Assembly (NCBI GenBank): GCA_963978095.1
Contig: CAXBQP010000002.1
Span: 32,001-96,000, forward strand
Direction of reading: 5' to 3'
DNA length: 64,000 nucleotides
DNA from: an uncultured bacterium
Lineage (GTDB): Bacteria > Gemmatimonadota > Gemmatimonadetes > Gemmatimonadales > Gemmatimonadaceae
The translations under genes and the position numbers were made by a program. The first letter of the stretch is position 1; each line of letters begins with the position of its first letter. A model generated the notes under the pieces. It ran no database searches, was not told the origin of the DNA, and saw only the letters and a program-made list of their open reading frames with translations. Below, piece by piece: positions 45,377 through 61,575 of the stretch.

Positions 45377-46170
45377 GTCATCACCCGCAACATGATCCCC
45401 AAGGCAGCCACGCCGATGACGACCACGGACGACCACATCATGGCACGACTGACGGCGCGCGGCACTTCCGTCGCGGTCCGGCGCGCGATTAGCCCCGACA
45501 CGCACGACGCCATCGCAATCCCCGCCCCGTTCAGCAGACCGCGGCCGATGGCCTCGTAGACGTCGCTCACGCTCAGCGCGAGACGTACGGACTGGACATA
45601 TGCGTCGATCGACATCTGCTGGAGCAGTTGTACGGTGATCAATCCGCCCAACAACGTGGCGAAATCGAACACGAGCGTCAGCGCCATGGCCGCGACCGCC
45701 ACACCCACCACACGCGGCAATACGTAGTACTGCAGGATATCCACTCCCAACGCGTCGAGCGCATCCGCTTCGCCGAGGGCGCGCGCACTTGCGAGCTCGG
45801 CGGCGATGGCCGTGCCGGTCCGCCCCGCGACGATCAGCGCCGTGAGCGCGGGAGCGATCTCGCGCACACCGGCCGCCACGACGATCCGGCCGATGGTGTC
45901 GGCCAACCCCAGACGCACGGCCTGCGCGTTGGCTTCACCGATGATGATGGCGCCGCACAGCACGGCCAGCACCGACACCAGGGTCAGCGCATCCCACGCC
46001 GTGAACTGGATCTGCCGCGCAAAGGCCCCCCACCACTGCCCGAGCGCGGCGCGCGGGAGCGAGGCCCCCGCACGCAGCACGGCACCCGACATGCGGACCG
46101 CCACGACCCCAGCGGCACCGGTGTTCCGTGCGCGGCGGCCGATGCCGCCTATGAGATCAACGACGAACAT
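45373..46170 (-). CDS. MlaE-family ABC permease
   Basis: VREIAPALTALIVAGRTGTAIAAEL, DAL.ALG and YYVLPR. Confidence 0.9.
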   Translation of the reverse strand: MFVVDLIGGIGRRARNTGAAGVVAVRMSGAVLRAGASLPRAALGQWWGAFARQIQFTAWDALTLVSVLAVLCGAIIIGEANAQAVRLGLADTIGRIVVAAGVREIAPALTALIVAGRTGTAIAAELASARALGEADALDALGVDILQYYVLPRVVGVAVAAMALTLVFDFATLLGGLITVQLLQQMSIDAYVQSVRLALSVSDVYEAIGRGLLNGAGIAMASCVSGLIARRTATEVPRAVSRAMMWSSVVVIGVAALGIMLRVMT

Positions 46171-46188
46171 GCGGGCGCAACGGCGCGC

Positions 46189-46635
46189 TCAAATGAGCGT
46201 TTCCTTGGAGACCCGATCCGCGCCGACACGCCGCAACACCCCCTCGGCGCGGCACACCGCCTGCGCACTCACCGACACCGCCCCCTGCAACGGCGCGCCG
46301 ATCAACGTCCGCGCCGGAAAGGGCGCGGTGAAGAACTCGGCGAGCACCTGATCGAAGACAGCGAGCTGGCCGGGATCGCGCAGGGCAACAGTGAGCATCA
46401 GGACATCGTCGAGCACCGTACCGACGGTCGACAGCGCGGTCCGCAGCCGTTGCATGGCGCGCCGACATTCGACATCGAGGGGCATGCCGGACGCATCCGC
46501 CGTCCCGTCGTCGGCCTCTCCCGTCAGCGACGCGGTCCAACACATCCCGGCATACATCACGACCGTGCTGGCATTCCCGGGAACGGGAACGCTCTCTTGC
46601 GCACGCTGGCTGTGCGCCCAATGCCTACTGCTCAT
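46189..46635 (-). CDS. RidA/YjgF-family protein
   Basis: LDDVL..TV.LRD...FDQV.AEFF..PFPART. Confidence 0.75.
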   Translation of the reverse strand: MSSRHWAHSQRAQESVPVPGNASTVVMYAGMCWTASLTGEADDGTADASGMPLDVECRRAMQRLRTALSTVGTVLDDVLMLTVALRDPGQLAVFDQVLAEFFTAPFPARTLIGAPLQGAVSVSAQAVCRAEGVLRRVGADRVSKETLI

Positions 46636-46715
46636 CCGTCGGGCGTGGGGCTGAAGTGTATTGTTTCATGCCAGTACTAAAGTGCCGCACCGGAGCCCTC
46701 TCCCGCAAGCACCGC

Positions 46716-48209
46716 CTAGAGATCCACGACCGCGTGCACCGGGAGCGCGTCCCGCGCTCGAACCGCGACCTCGAACTCCCCAAGCAGGTGGGCGATCGAG
46801 TTTGCATAATAACTGACCAGTTCCCTCCCCCTAGGGAGAATCAGGAATCCCTCCCCCGTCCGGGCGATGACCCGCCGCATCCGCAGCAACTGGTAGGCCC
46901 GCTCGAGGATCTCGGCCGGGGCCGCATGGCAGTCCACCAACTGGCACCCGTGGTGCTGGAGCGAGTCGCGGATCTCCGCGATGCGGTCAAGCAACGCGGA
47001 GCGGGTGACGAAATCGGCGTCAAATGTTTGCAGGGCGGCGGCGACCAGCGGTACGGTGGTGACCGGAATGATCGCACCGATGCGTCGCATCACATCGTCG
47101 GCCAACTCCTGTACCTGCCCAAGCCGCTGTGTGCGATCGAGTCCGAACAACGGTTCCCCCCGCTCCGCCAGACGGTCGAACCAGGGGGCGAGCGGCATCG
47201 GCTCGCCAACGACCACGGCGGCGGTCCCATAGCGCCTCCACCGGCGGGAGACGAGACGGACCATGCTCCAGCCGGCATAGCTCAGGACCTCGGAGAGCTG
47301 CGAGAGGCGGCTCGCCGGGCGGTCGCCGCCTTGCACCCGCAGTTCCCGCAGCAACGAGCGGTCCTCGAGCACCCGATCGAAGTTGATGGCGACCGGTACG
47401 ACATACATCCGCGGCATGAACCCGGGCTCGCGCGCCACGCCCAAGGCGTAATCGAGCAAGCCGATCTTCGGCGGTCGCAGCTTGCCGTCGCGGGTCAGCC
47501 CACCTTCGGGAAAGATCCCCTGCGTCACCCCGTTGCGCGTGATGAGCTGGACGTACCGCTCGAGCACCGTGTGGTACAGGGGCTCACGGTAGCGACGGCG
47601 GATGAAATACGACCCGAAGCTCTTGAACAGGTATTCGAGCGGGAAGACCCGCGCCCACTCCCCGACGGCGTACGAGATGGCCACTTGCCCCGCGAGCGCG
47701 TAGCTCGCCAGCACGTAATCGGCGTTGGAGCGGTGGTTCATCACGTAAATCACGATGCTCTCGCGCGGCAGCCGATCGAACGCGCTGGCGCGTACGTGCG
47801 TCACCTCCACTTTGTAGAAGACGTTGAGCAGGATGCGCGAGAGATTGTACCCGTACTGGTAGTATGCCAGCAGGTTGAAGACGGGTACGATCTCGTTGAC
47901 ATAGCTCCGCACCCGCCGCCAGACCAGCGCGGCCGCCACCCCATGCGCGTCGGCGTGGGCACGCACCGCCGCGGCCACAGCCTCGTCACCGAGCAGCGCT
48001 TCGGCGATGTACGTCTTGTTCGTGAGTTTGAATCGATCGATGCGCGCACGGAATCGGCGGACGGCACGGAGGGCGGCACGACGCGTGAATCGGCGCCACA
48101 CCACACGCCCGAGCACCGCGAACAGGGCCACCGTGAGGGCACCGACGACGATCTTCACGGGACGGTCCGACGGCCAGTCCCGTCCGGTCGCGTGCAGGGA
48201 TCGTTCCAC
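46716..48209 (-). CDS. Glycerolipid acyltransferase (PlsB/PlsC family)
   Basis: NHRSNAD (HX4D), FIRR, FPEGG.TRDG and VPVAINFD. Confidence 0.88.
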   Translation of the reverse strand: MERSLHATGRDWPSDRPVKIVVGALTVALFAVLGRVVWRRFTRRAALRAVRRFRARIDRFKLTNKTYIAEALLGDEAVAAAVRAHADAHGVAAALVWRRVRSYVNEIVPVFNLLAYYQYGYNLSRILLNVFYKVEVTHVRASAFDRLPRESIVIYVMNHRSNADYVLASYALAGQVAISYAVGEWARVFPLEYLFKSFGSYFIRRRYREPLYHTVLERYVQLITRNGVTQGIFPEGGLTRDGKLRPPKIGLLDYALGVAREPGFMPRMYVVPVAINFDRVLEDRSLLRELRVQGGDRPASRLSQLSEVLSYAGWSMVRLVSRRWRRYGTAAVVVGEPMPLAPWFDRLAERGEPLFGLDRTQRLGQVQELADDVMRRIGAIIPVTTVPLVAAALQTFDADFVTRSALLDRIAEIRDSLQHHGCQLVDCHAAPAEILERAYQLLRMRRVIARTGEGFLILPRGRELVSYYANSIAHLLGEFEVAVRARDALPVHAVVDL

Positions 48210-48235
48210 CGCCGCTCGCGCATGCGCCCCTCCGC

Positions 48236-49585
48236 CTACGCGGTCTCGCGCGTAGTCCAGTCCCGCGGTTCGTCGGTCACTTTGCGCAGAATCACGAGGC
48301 TGATCAACACCATGAGCAAGAGCGCGATGACCGCGACCGCTTCCCCCTTGGCGGTGAGAGTCGCGAGCTGGTCTTCACTGAGCCCGGGACGTCGATTCCG
48401 CTCGACGAGCAGATAGGTGATGGCCGCCCAGATCAGCGGTCCGGAGATCGCCGAGAAACGACCCACCATGCCGTAGAGTCCATAGAACTCGCCGATGCGA
48501 TCGGGCGGACTCAGGCGCAGCATCAACGTCCGGTCGGCCGCCCACGTACCGCCGAGCGCGAGCCCGGCAAGGCAGGCGGTGGCGTACAGCCCGCTGATGG
48601 GAAGCGACAGGAGGCCGACCAGCGACGCAAAGGCGAAATCGCAGCACCAAATGGTCAGGACCATGTTCAGGGTGCGTTTGGGACCGATCCGGTCCACGAC
48701 GAACCCCCACGTCACGCCACCGAGGATGGCACAGGTGATGGCGGACATCAGCACGAGATTCGCCTGCTGCTCGCCCTGGCTCTTGGTGAGTCCGGTCGAG
48801 ACCGCGACGTTGACCGTGTACAACGTCATGAAGGAGATCACGGTATTGATGGCGTCGGTGTAGAACACGCGGCCCAGCAGGAAGCGGAGCAGTCCGGGAT
48901 ACTGCTGTCCTGACTTGAGCGTGACCATCGTCTGCCTGACGGACTCGAGGACCGCCGACCACCGGAAGATCGGACGCGGATTCGGGTTCCCCCGCTCCTT
49001 GACGAACACGAAGCACGGCAGCGCGAAGAGGAAGAAAGCCCCGGCGATCATCAGGAAATACATCGCGAAGGGGAATGATTCCCCGGGATGCTGCGACTTG
49101 AGCCAGAGCCCCATGCCGACGGCGATATACGACCCCATGTAGCCGAGTCCGACCGCGAGTCCGGTGATGCGGCCTCGGTTGGTGTCGTCGGTCACCTCGG
49201 GGAGCAGGGAATCGTAGAACTGTACCCCCGCCTGATACCCGCCGTTGGCAATCACGAAGAGCAATGCCGAGAGCCGGAACGAGCCGTGGCCCATCAACGC
49301 CGTCGCGCCGCAGGCGAGAATCGTGGCCCACACCAGGAATGGCATGCGCCGGCGTGCACGATCCGTCATCGCGCCCAGCAGGGGGGAGAGTACGAACATC
49401 ACCGCCATCGCCAGCGATGTCAGCAGGCCATAGACGTGATCTGCGCGATCGGGCCCCACCTTCTCCCGAACGAACAGCGAGAAGTAGAGCGAGATCACGC
49501 CCATGGAAAAGATGACGTTGGCGAGATCGTAGAGGATCCACGCCGCGACGGCGCGGCGGGGAATCGTGCGTTCGGGTGGGGTCAT
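48236..49585 (-). CDS. MFS transporter (UMF1/Atg22-like)
   Basis: AWILYDLAN, SPLLGAMTD, FYDSLLP and GEFYGLY, with many TM segments. Confidence 0.88.
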   Translation of the reverse strand: MTPPERTIPRRAVAAWILYDLANVIFSMGVISLYFSLFVREKVGPDRADHVYGLLTSLAMAVMFVLSPLLGAMTDRARRRMPFLVWATILACGATALMGHGSFRLSALLFVIANGGYQAGVQFYDSLLPEVTDDTNRGRITGLAVGLGYMGSYIAVGMGLWLKSQHPGESFPFAMYFLMIAGAFFLFALPCFVFVKERGNPNPRPIFRWSAVLESVRQTMVTLKSGQQYPGLLRFLLGRVFYTDAINTVISFMTLYTVNVAVSTGLTKSQGEQQANLVLMSAITCAILGGVTWGFVVDRIGPKRTLNMVLTIWCCDFAFASLVGLLSLPISGLYATACLAGLALGGTWAADRTLMLRLSPPDRIGEFYGLYGMVGRFSAISGPLIWAAITYLLVERNRRPGLSEDQLATLTAKGEAVAVIALLLMVLISLVILRKVTDEPRDWTTRETA

Positions 49586-49624
49586 GGAGGAAGAATCTGC
49601 ATCCTGGTCGGTGATCCCGTAAGG

Positions 49625-49660
49625 CGAAACGGCGTACCCCCGCAGGGATACGCCGTTTCG
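49625..49660 (-). terminator. Hairpin after rpoC
   Basis: CGAAACGGCGTA/TACGCCGTTTCG stem with no strong U tract. Confidence 0.55.
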
Positions 49661-49696
49661 TGACCGCCGTGGTACCGCTCGCCGCCCCCGCCGAGC

Positions 49697-54004
<4,308 letters not shown>

Positions 54005-54007
54005 GGG

Positions 54008-57000
54008 TTACTCCTCACCAGCGCTGAAGGGAAGGCCGCTGTATCCGCCCTCCGCGTTTGCGTCCATCGTGACGTGGATGCCGAGCGCCTGCAGTTCCTT
54101 CACCAGCACGTTGAACGACTCCGGCGTGCCCGGCTCGGGCAGGTTCTGCCCCTTCACGATCGCCTCGTACACGCGCGACCGGCCGTTCACGTCGTCCGAC
54201 TTCACCGTCAGGATCTCCTGCAGGGTGTGGGCCGCGCCGTACGCCTCCAGCGCCCACACTTCCATTTCTCCGAAGCGCTGACCACCGAACTGGGCCTTGC
54301 CCGCCAGCGGCTGCTGCGTCACGAGCGAGTACGGTCCGATGCTGCGCGCGTGGATCTTGTCATCCACGAGGTGGCTGAGCTTGAGCATGTACACGTTGCC
54401 CACCGTCACCGGCGACGTGAACTTCTCGCCGCTGCGCCCGTCGCGCAGCGCGATCTTGCCACCAGGCATCAACCCGGCGCGCGTGATCAGCTCCTTGCTC
54501 GCGGCATCCACGTCGGCTTCGCTCTTCTTGCCGAGCGTCGCCGCGAGGGCCGGCAGTCCCATCGACTCCAGCAGCTCCGGAGCAGAGAGCGCGTCGCGCT
54601 TCTCAAGCTCCTTCAGGGCCTTCTTGTACTCCGCCTTCGCCGCCGCCGACACCTCCTCCGAGGCGATCTCCGCCTCGTGGAACGCGATGGCGTGCTTCAG
54701 GTCGGTATGCTCGCGCTCGGCCAGCTCCTTCGCCGCCGCCGCGATGTAGTCCCGGACGCGATGGAAGACGTCCTTCGTCTCGGCCGACATCCCGCGAGCA
54801 TTGAGGTCGTTGATGTCCGCGTCGTGCAACAGCTCCACCTTCTCCTCGCCGATGGCCGGACGCAGATCCGACAGGAACGTCTTGATCTCCTTGTCCGAGA
54901 TCTCCAACGCCGCCGTCCGCAGGTCGAGCGCCTCGTGCGACCACCGGAGCGAGGCCAGGCGGATCAGCAGCCCGACTTCCTTTTCCGTGGCGCCCTGGAA
55001 GACCGGCGTCTTGGCGTAGAAGCCCAGGATGCGCGCCGCCCACCCGAGATGCGTCTCGAGGATCTGTCCCACGTTCATGCGCGACGGCACACCGAGCGGG
55101 TTCAGCACGATGTCCACCGGACGACCGTCCGGCAGGAACGGCATGTCCTCCTCGGGCACGATGCGCGCCACGATACCCTTGTTGCCGTGACGGCCGGCCA
55201 TCTTGTCGCCCACCGAGATCTTGCGCTTCTCGGCGAGATAGACCTTCACGAGCTGGATGACGCCCGGGGGCAGTTCATCCGGCTGCAGGATGCGGTCGAT
55301 GCGCTCTTCCGCCTTCTCCTCGATCTTCGCCTTCACCTGATTGGCGGCGTCGATGATCTCGCGGAGGTCGTCGTTGACCTTCTTGGCCTCGACGCGGAAG
55401 GTCTTCAGGTCGAGCGTCGCGAGCCGAAGTCCGTTCAGCACGTCGGCCGTGAGCTTCGTCCCCGGCGCGAGCGCCTCCTCGACCGTGCCCGACTTGAGGG
55501 CAAGGGCGACGGTCTGCCCGATGAGCAGTTCCTTCAGTTCGGCGTCGCGCACGTCGTTGACGCGCACCTTCTCCTCACCCTCGAGGCGGCGCACCTCGCC
55601 GATACGCTCACCACGATCCTTCTCGACCACCCCGTCTTCCACGCGCGAGAAGATCTTGACGTCGATCACGACGCCCTCCATCCCCGGCGGCACCTTCAGC
55701 GACGAGTCCTTCACGTCCTTCGCCTTCTCGCCGAAGATGGCGGTGAGCAGCTTCTCTTCCGGCGACAGCTCCGTTTCCCCCTTCGGCGTGATCTTGCCGA
55801 CGAGGATGTCGCCCGGGCGCACATGGGCCCCGATGCGCACGATGCCGCGCTCATCGAGATCCATGAGAGACTCTTCGGAGACGTTCGGGATCTCGCGCGT
55901 GATCTCTTCCTGGCCGCGCTTGGTGTCGCGGACGTGCAACTCGAGTTCCTGGATATGGATCGACGAATAGACGTCGTCCTTCACCAGACGCTCGGAGAGG
56001 ACGATGGCGTCCTCGAAGTTGTGTCCGTACCAGGGCATGAAGGCCACGAGCACGTTGTTGCCCAGCGCGAGCTGACCGTGCTGCGTCGCCGCGCCGTCCG
56101 CCATGACCTCACCGGCCTTCACCTTCTGTCCGAGCTTCACGATCGGACGCTGGTTGATGGCGGTGTCCTGGTTCGTGCGCCAGTACTTCTTCACCCGGTA
56201 GCGGTCCTGCGCGCCCAGACGGGCGAGCGGCGCTTCGCCGTCTCCCTTTGCGGTCGCGCCGGCATCCACGATGATCTCGTCCGCCGTCACGCGCGTCACC
56301 ACGCCCGCGCGCTTGGCGATGATCGTCGCCCCGGAATCGCGGGCCACGGTCTCTTCGAGGCCGGTCCCCACGTACGGGGTCTGCGGGTTCAACAAGGGGA
56401 CCGACTGGCGCTGCATGTTGGATCCCATGAGCGCACGGTTGGCGTCGTCGTGCTCGAGGAACGGAATCAGCGCCGCGGCGATCGACACCACCTGCTCCGG
56501 TGCCACGTCCATGTAGTCGATCCGGTTCGGCTGGACCAACGGGACGTCACCCTGCTGACGGCTGAGCACGAACTCATCCACGAACGAGCCGTCGTCGTTC
56601 AGGCGCGCATTGGCCTGGGCGATGATGGCGTCCTCTTCCTTGTTGGCATCGAGCCACGCGAGCTGGTCGGTGACCTTGCCGTTCTTGACCACGCGGTACG
56701 GCGTCTCGATGAAGCCGAGGTCGTTCACGCGCGCGAAGCACGCGAGCGACGTGATCAGGCCGATGTTCGGACCTTCCGGCGTTTCGATCGGGCACATGCG
56801 CCCGTACTGCGAGTAGTGCACGTCACGAACTTCGAAGCCGGCGCGCTCACGGGTGAGGCCGCCCGGTCCGAGGGCCGAGAGGCGACGCTTGTGCGTCAAC
56901 TCGGCCAGCGGATTCGTCTGGTCCATGAACTGCGAAAGCTGCGACGACCCGAAGAACGCCTGGATCACCGCCGACACCGTGCGCGCGTTGACGAGGTCGT

Positions 57001-58579
57001 CGAGCGCGATCTTGTCGGTGTCCTGATTGATGCTCATGCGCTCCTTGACCAGACGCGCCATGCGCGAGAGGCCGACGGAGAACTGGTTGGCGATCAGCTC
57101 GCCGACCGAGCGGATGCGACGGTTGCCGAGGTGATCGATGTCATCCACATGCCCGCGCCCTTCGTGGAGTTCCACGAGATAGCGGATGATGGCGATGAAG
57201 TCGTCCTTGGTCAGGACCGTCTGGCTCGCCGGCGTGTTGAGGCGCAGGCGCTGATTGATCTTGTAGCGGCCCACGCGGCCGAGGTCGTACCGCTTGGGGC
57301 TGAAGAACAGGCGATCGAGCGCCTGCTTGGCCGTCTCCTTGTTGGGCGCATCGCCCGGACGGAGCAGCGAGTAGATCTGCTTCAGCGCCATGTCCTCGTC
57401 GTGCGTCGGATCCTTGGCGAGCGTGTTCTTGATGAGCGTGCTCTCGGCGCGGCCGCTCGGCACGAAGCACTGGACCTGGAGCAGCCCGTGCTTGCGGAGG
57501 CGCTTGACCAGCATCTCCTTCAGCTGCTGTCCCGCCTCGGCGATGACTTCGCCCGTCTCCGGATCGATGGCATCGACGGCGAGCACGCGCGGCGTCGGGC
57601 GCTCCTCGCGTTCGATCGCGTCCAGCTCGTCGCGGAGGTCCACGTTGCCGTAGCTGGCGAACACCTTGACCTTGTCGATCTTCTGGCGGCGAAGGCGGTT
57701 GAACACCTCTTCCGTCAGCTCGTCCCCTTCCTTGACAAGGAGCGAGTTCTCGTTGCGCTCGCGCTCGGCGCGGGCCTTCTTGGTCTTGGCCTTCGGCGCG
57801 TCCTCGGCCGTGGCCTCGCCCGGCAGCTCGATGTCCTCGGCGATGATCGCGCCGACGACCTCACGGTTCTCCGCGCGTCCTTCGCGCTTCTTCGTCAGGT
57901 CCAGCTCGCGGACGGCGAAGAAGAGGCGGAGGATGTCGGAGTTGTTGCCGAAGCCGAAGGCGCGCAGGAGCGCGGTGGCCGGGAACTTCTTCTTCTTGTC
58001 GATGTGGACGTAGATCACATCGTGGATGTCCACGGTGAACTCGACCCACGAGCCGCGGAACGGGATGATCCGCGACGAGATCAGGCGCTGTCCGTTCGGG
58101 TGCGTGCTCTCCTCGAACACGACGCCCGGCGACCGGTGCAGCTGGCTCACGATCACGCGTTCGGCTCCGTTGATCACGAAGGTGCCGAGGGCGGTGAGGA
58201 GCGGCAGCTCACCCAGGTAGACTTCCTTTTCGATCTGGTTCTTGATGCGCTTCTTGCCGTCGGCGGCCGCTTCCTCGAAGACCGTCAGGGCGAGGGTCGC
58301 CTTGAGCGGCGCGGAGAAGGTCATGTCGCGCTCGATGCACTCCTCGACGGAGTACTTCGGCTCGCCCAGCGTGTAGCGCTTGAAGTCCAGCGAGAAGTTC
58401 TCGTGCACGTCGGTGATCGGGAACAGGTCCTTGAAGACCCGTTCGAGTCCGACGTCCTCGCGGTCGTGCGAGGCCGCATCCAACTGGAGCAGCGTTTCGA
58501 ACGCGCGCGTCTGGATGTCGAGGAGATGGGGCATGTCCATGCCCGACTCCAGCTTCCCGAACGAAATTTGCTTGATCAT
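54008..58579 (-). CDS. rpoB: RNA polymerase beta subunit, 1523 aa
   Basis: [25 protein letters not shown] and [14 protein letters not shown]. Confidence 0.99.
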   Translation of the reverse strand: MIKQISFGKLESGMDMPHLLDIQTRAFETLLQLDAASHDREDVGLERVFKDLFPITDVHENFSLDFKRYTLGEPKYSVEECIERDMTFSAPLKATLALTVFEEAAADGKKRIKNQIEKEVYLGELPLLTALGTFVINGAERVIVSQLHRSPGVVFEESTHPNGQRLISSRIIPFRGSWVEFTVDIHDVIYVHIDKKKKFPATALLRAFGFGNNSDILRLFFAVRELDLTKKREGRAENREVVGAIIAEDIELPGEATAEDAPKAKTKKARAERERNENSLLVKEGDELTEEVFNRLRRQKIDKVKVFASYGNVDLRDELDAIEREERPTPRVLAVDAIDPETGEVIAEAGQQLKEMLVKRLRKHGLLQVQCFVPSGRAESTLIKNTLAKDPTHDEDMALKQIYSLLRPGDAPNKETAKQALDRLFFSPKRYDLGRVGRYKINQRLRLNTPASQTVLTKDDFIAIIRYLVELHEGRGHVDDIDHLGNRRIRSVGELIANQFSVGLSRMARLVKERMSINQDTDKIALDDLVNARTVSAVIQAFFGSSQLSQFMDQTNPLAELTHKRRLSALGPGGLTRERAGFEVRDVHYSQYGRMCPIETPEGPNIGLITSLACFARVNDLGFIETPYRVVKNGKVTDQLAWLDANKEEDAIIAQANARLNDDGSFVDEFVLSRQQGDVPLVQPNRIDYMDVAPEQVVSIAAALIPFLEHDDANRALMGSNMQRQSVPLLNPQTPYVGTGLEETVARDSGATIIAKRAGVVTRVTADEIIVDAGATAKGDGEAPLARLGAQDRYRVKKYWRTNQDTAINQRPIVKLGQKVKAGEVMADGAATQHGQLALGNNVLVAFMPWYGHNFEDAIVLSERLVKDDVYSSIHIQELELHVRDTKRGQEEITREIPNVSEESLMDLDERGIVRIGAHVRPGDILVGKITPKGETELSPEEKLLTAIFGEKAKDVKDSSLKVPPGMEGVVIDVKIFSRVEDGVVEKDRGERIGEVRRLEGEEKVRVNDVRDAELKELLIGQTVALALKSGTVEEALAPGTKLTADVLNGLRLATLDLKTFRVEAKKVNDDLREIIDAANQVKAKIEEKAEERIDRILQPDELPPGVIQLVKVYLAEKRKISVGDKMAGRHGNKGIVARIVPEEDMPFLPDGRPVDIVLNPLGVPSRMNVGQILETHLGWAARILGFYAKTPVFQGATEKEVGLLIRLASLRWSHEALDLRTAALEISDKEIKTFLSDLRPAIGEEKVELLHDADINDLNARGMSAETKDVFHRVRDYIAAAAKELAEREHTDLKHAIAFHEAEIASEEVSAAAKAEYKKALKELEKRDALSAPELLESMGLPALAATLGKKSEADVDAASKELITRAGLMPGGKIALRDGRSGEKFTSPVTVGNVYMLKLSHLVDDKIHARSIGPYSLVTQQPLAGKAQFGGQRFGEMEVWALEAYGAAHTLQEILTVKSDDVNGRSRVYEAIVKGQNLPEPGTPESFNVLVKELQALGIHVTMDANAEGGYSGLPFSAGEE

Positions 58580-58727
58580 ATCAACCCTGGCTCGGCCGAT
58601 GGACGGCGAAAGCCGCCCGCCCCCGGCGCGCGAGGATTTCGCGCGGCGGAGCGGGACGGACGGAACTTCAGTTGTACGTCGGTGCGAATGCGATCATGGA
58701 CGGCGAGACCACGTGAGGGGGAGGATG

Positions 58728-58765
58728 TCGTGACCGGCTGCCGCGTCGCGGTCAGCCGGCCACGA
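58728..58765 (-). terminator. Hairpin (possible attenuator) between rplL and rpoB
   Basis: TCGTG.CCGGCTG/CAGCCGG.CACGA stem. Confidence 0.5.
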
Positions 58766-58777
58766 GAACCTGCCGCC

Positions 58778-59167
58778 TTACTTGATCTCGGCCGTCGCGC
58801 CCTGCTCTTCGAGCTTGGCCTTGATGGACGCGGCTTCGTCCTTCGACACGCCCGCCTTCACCACCTGCGGGGCGCCGTCGACCATGTCCTTCGCTTCCTT
58901 CAGGCCCAGGCCGGTGAGCTCGCGCACCACCTTGATGACCTGGATCTTCTTCGCGCCGGCATCCTTGAGCGTGACCGTGAACTCGGTCTGCTCCTCGGTT
59001 GCGCCGCCGCCGCCCGCACCCGCGCCACCCGCCGGGGCCGCAGCCGCGGCGACGACGGTCACGTTGAACTTCGTCTTGAACGCATCGATCAGCTCGGCGA
59101 GCTCGATGACCGACATGTTGCCGATCGCGTCGAGGATCTCGTCCTTGCTCAGAGTCGCATTAGCCAT
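58778..59167 (-). CDS. rplL: 50S ribosomal protein L7/L12
   Basis: [20 protein letters not shown]. Confidence 0.99.
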   Translation of the reverse strand: MANATLSKDEILDAIGNMSVIELAELIDAFKTKFNVTVVAAAAAPAGGAGAGGGGATEEQTEFTVTLKDAGAKKIQVIKVVRELTGLGLKEAKDMVDGAPQVVKAGVSKDEAASIKAKLEEQGATAEIK

Positions 59168-59218
59168 TGTCAGATATCTCCGTGAAGAATCCCCCAGGAC
59201 AGCCTGGGGCGTTGTTGG

Positions 59219-59722
59219 TCAGGCAGACGCCTGGGGATTGGAACCGGCCTCGAGTTGCGCCACGCGCGCCTCGAGCGTGAGCGCGAACATCGAGAGCACA
59301 CTGTTGAAGCAGCCGAGCAACTGGCCGAGCGCTTCGTCCCGGGTCGGGAGCGAGGCGAGCTTCTTCACGAGCGCCGCATCCACCGTGGCGCCCTCGTAGA
59401 TCCCCCCCTTCACCTCCGGACGCGAATCATTGGCCTTCGCGAAGTCGGTGAGGATCTTGGCCGCCACCACCGCATCCTTCGCGACGACGACGCCCGTGGG
59501 GCCCTTAAGCCGCACGCCGACGCGACCGCTCTCGTTCACGGCCTTCAGCGCCAGCGTGTTCTTGATGACGACGTAGTCCACGCCCGCCTTGCGGAACTGG
59601 CGACGGAGCTCGGTCATCCGCTTCACGTTCAGCCCCGTGAAGTCGGTGTAGTACAGGGCGTTCGCGCCCGCCATCTTGTCCTTCAGCTCGGCGACGAGCT
59701 GTTCCTTGTCGGATCGCTTCAT
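59219..59722 (-). CDS. rplJ: 50S ribosomal protein L10
   Basis: DFTGLNV..MTELR, VIKNTL and LASLPTRDE. Confidence 0.97.
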   Translation of the reverse strand: MKRSDKEQLVAELKDKMAGANALYYTDFTGLNVKRMTELRRQFRKAGVDYVVIKNTLALKAVNESGRVGVRLKGPTGVVVAKDAVVAAKILTDFAKANDSRPEVKGGIYEGATVDAALVKKLASLPTRDEALGQLLGCFNSVLSMFALTLEARVAQLEAGSNPQASA

Positions 59723-59728
59723 CGTCGG

Positions 59729-60418
59729 TTACCGGTACGGGGTGGTATCGATACGGACGCCGGGGCCCATCGTGCTGGACACGGCCACCGTCTTCACGTA
59801 CACGCCCTTCGCCGCGCTCGGCTTCGAGCGCACGATGGTGTCCATCAGGGCGGTGAAGTTCGTCTCCAGCGACTCGAGCGGGAACGACACCTTGCCGATC
59901 GCGGCATGGACGTTGCCTCCCTTGTCGACGCGGAACTCGATCTTGCCCGCCTTCGTCTCCTTCACGGCCTGGCCGACGTTGAACGTCACCGTCCCCGCCT
60001 TCGGGTTCGGCATCAGTCCGCGCGGACCGAGCACGCGACCAAGGGCACCGATCTGCCCCATCTGGTCCGGCGTCGCGATCAGCACGTCGAAATCCATCCA
60101 GCCTTCCTTGATCTTCGCGATGTAGTCGGTGCCGACGAAATCCGCGCCGGCGGCCTCGGCTTCCTTCGCCTTGTCGCCGACGGCGATCACCAGCACGCGC
60201 ACCGTCTTGCCGGTGCCGGCCGGGAGCACCACCGTGCCACGCACGATCTGGTCGGCGTGACGCGGATCGACACCCAAGCGGATCGCCACGTCGACGGTCT
60301 CGTCGAACTTGGCGAACGCGGCGCCCTTCACCTGCTCGAGCGCGGCCTTGGGGGCCACCGCCGCGTTGAGGTCACGCCCCTCGGCGACCTTGCGATACTT
60401 CTTCCCGTGGGTGCGCAT
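59729..60418 (-). CDS. rplA: 50S ribosomal protein L1
   Basis: Starts MRTHGKKY, with [18 protein letters not shown] and STMGPG. Confidence 0.98.
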   Translation of the reverse strand: MRTHGKKYRKVAEGRDLNAAVAPKAALEQVKGAAFAKFDETVDVAIRLGVDPRHADQIVRGTVVLPAGTGKTVRVLVIAVGDKAKEAEAAGADFVGTDYIAKIKEGWMDFDVLIATPDQMGQIGALGRVLGPRGLMPNPKAGTVTFNVGQAVKETKAGKIEFRVDKGGNVHAAIGKVSFPLESLETNFTALMDTIVRSKPSAAKGVYVKTVAVSSTMGPGVRIDTTPYR

Positions 60419-60840
60419 CAGTCGCGAACCTCCACACCCATCGAGCGCGCCGCGCCTGCGATCATGCGCATGGCGGAATCGATCGATTCGGTGTTGAGGT
60501 CGGGCATCTTCAGCTCGGCGATCTGCTTGACCTGAGCCTTCGTGATGGTCCCCACCTTGTTGCGATTCGGCTGCCCCGAGCCCTTCTCGATCCCCACGGC
60601 CTTCTTGACGAGCACCGCAGCAGGCGGCGTCTTCAGGATGAACGTGAAGCTCTTGTCGGCGAAAATCGTGATCTCGACCGGGAGAATCGTATCCTGGCCC
60701 TGCGTCCGAGCGTTGAACTCTTTGCAGAACGCCATGATGTTGATTCCCTGCGGTCCGAGCGCGGTGCCGACCGGAGGGGCCGGGTTCGCCTTGCCTGCAG
60801 GAATCTGCAGCTTGACGAATCCTACGGCCTTCTTTGCCAT
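60418..60840 (-). CDS. rplK: 50S ribosomal protein L11
   Basis: [20 protein letters not shown] and ARSMGVEV. Confidence 0.99.
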   Translation of the reverse strand: MAKKAVGFVKLQIPAGKANPAPPVGTALGPQGINIMAFCKEFNARTQGQDTILPVEITIFADKSFTFILKTPPAAVLVKKAVGIEKGSGQPNRNKVGTITKAQVKQIAELKMPDLNTESIDSAMRMIAGAARSMGVEVRD

Positions 60841-61031
60841 GGAACTCCTCTAGACACGTAGAGCGGAGCATGCGCCGGGGACCCTGCCCCGCGAATGTCC
60901 GCTGACTCCCACGGTGTGATTAGCGTCGTTGTGGTAGCCGACGGGTGCGCTCCTCGCTGGTTCTCAGCTGCCCCGCGCAAGGGCACGAACACCTTCAGTT
61001 GACCTGCACCAACCACCAGCACCAGCCGCGC

Positions 61032-61574
61032 CTAGTGCGCGCGCAACTGGAGATAATCGAGTTCCACCGACGTGGGACGACCGAAGAGCGAGACGCTCAC
61101 CCGGACCTTCCCCTTGTCGGGCATGACGTCCTCGACCGTGCCATTGAAATCCGTGAAGGGCCCTTCCGTGATCGCCACGGCCTGCCCGACGAGGAACGGG
61201 ATCTCCTCCTTCGGCGCGACCTCCTCCGCCTCCTCGGCGCGGCCGAGCAGGCGGTTGACCTCGTCCTGACGCAGCGGCTGCGGATCACGGTCCTTGCCCA
61301 CGAACTTGATCACGCCCTGGATGCTGCCGACGGTGTGCAACGTTTCCTCGCCGACGACCATCTCGACGAGGACGTAGCCCGGGAAGACCTTGCGCTCGAC
61401 GGTGACCTTCTTGCCATTCTTGATCTCCACCGCCTGCTCGGTCGGCACGAGGGCCTGCCGGATGAGGCGCAGCTCCGCCGGCGCAGGATCGCCGTCGATC
61501 TTGCGCTGCAGCAGGTTCCGGACCTTGTTCTCGTGGCCGGAGGTCGTCTGCACGGCGTAGAAGTGATGCGTCAC
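61032..61574 (-). CDS. nusG: Transcription factor NusG
   Basis: [31 protein letters not shown] and FGRPTSVEL. Confidence 0.97.
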   Translation of the reverse strand: MTHHFYAVQTTSGHENKVRNLLQRKIDGDPAPAELRLIRQALVPTEQAVEIKNGKKVTVERKVFPGYVLVEMVVGEETLHTVGSIQGVIKFVGKDRDPQPLRQDEVNRLLGRAEEAEEVAPKEEIPFLVGQAVAITEGPFTDFNGTVEDVMPDKGKVRVSVSLFGRPTSVELDYLQLRAH

Positions 61575-61575
61575 G

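Noticed and set aside
56880..56960. Rifampicin-resistance changes in rpoB, and streptomycin-resistance changes in rpsL
   Set aside because: RpoB cluster I ([21 protein letters not shown]) and the S12 PKKPNS and RVKDLPG motifs look wild type.
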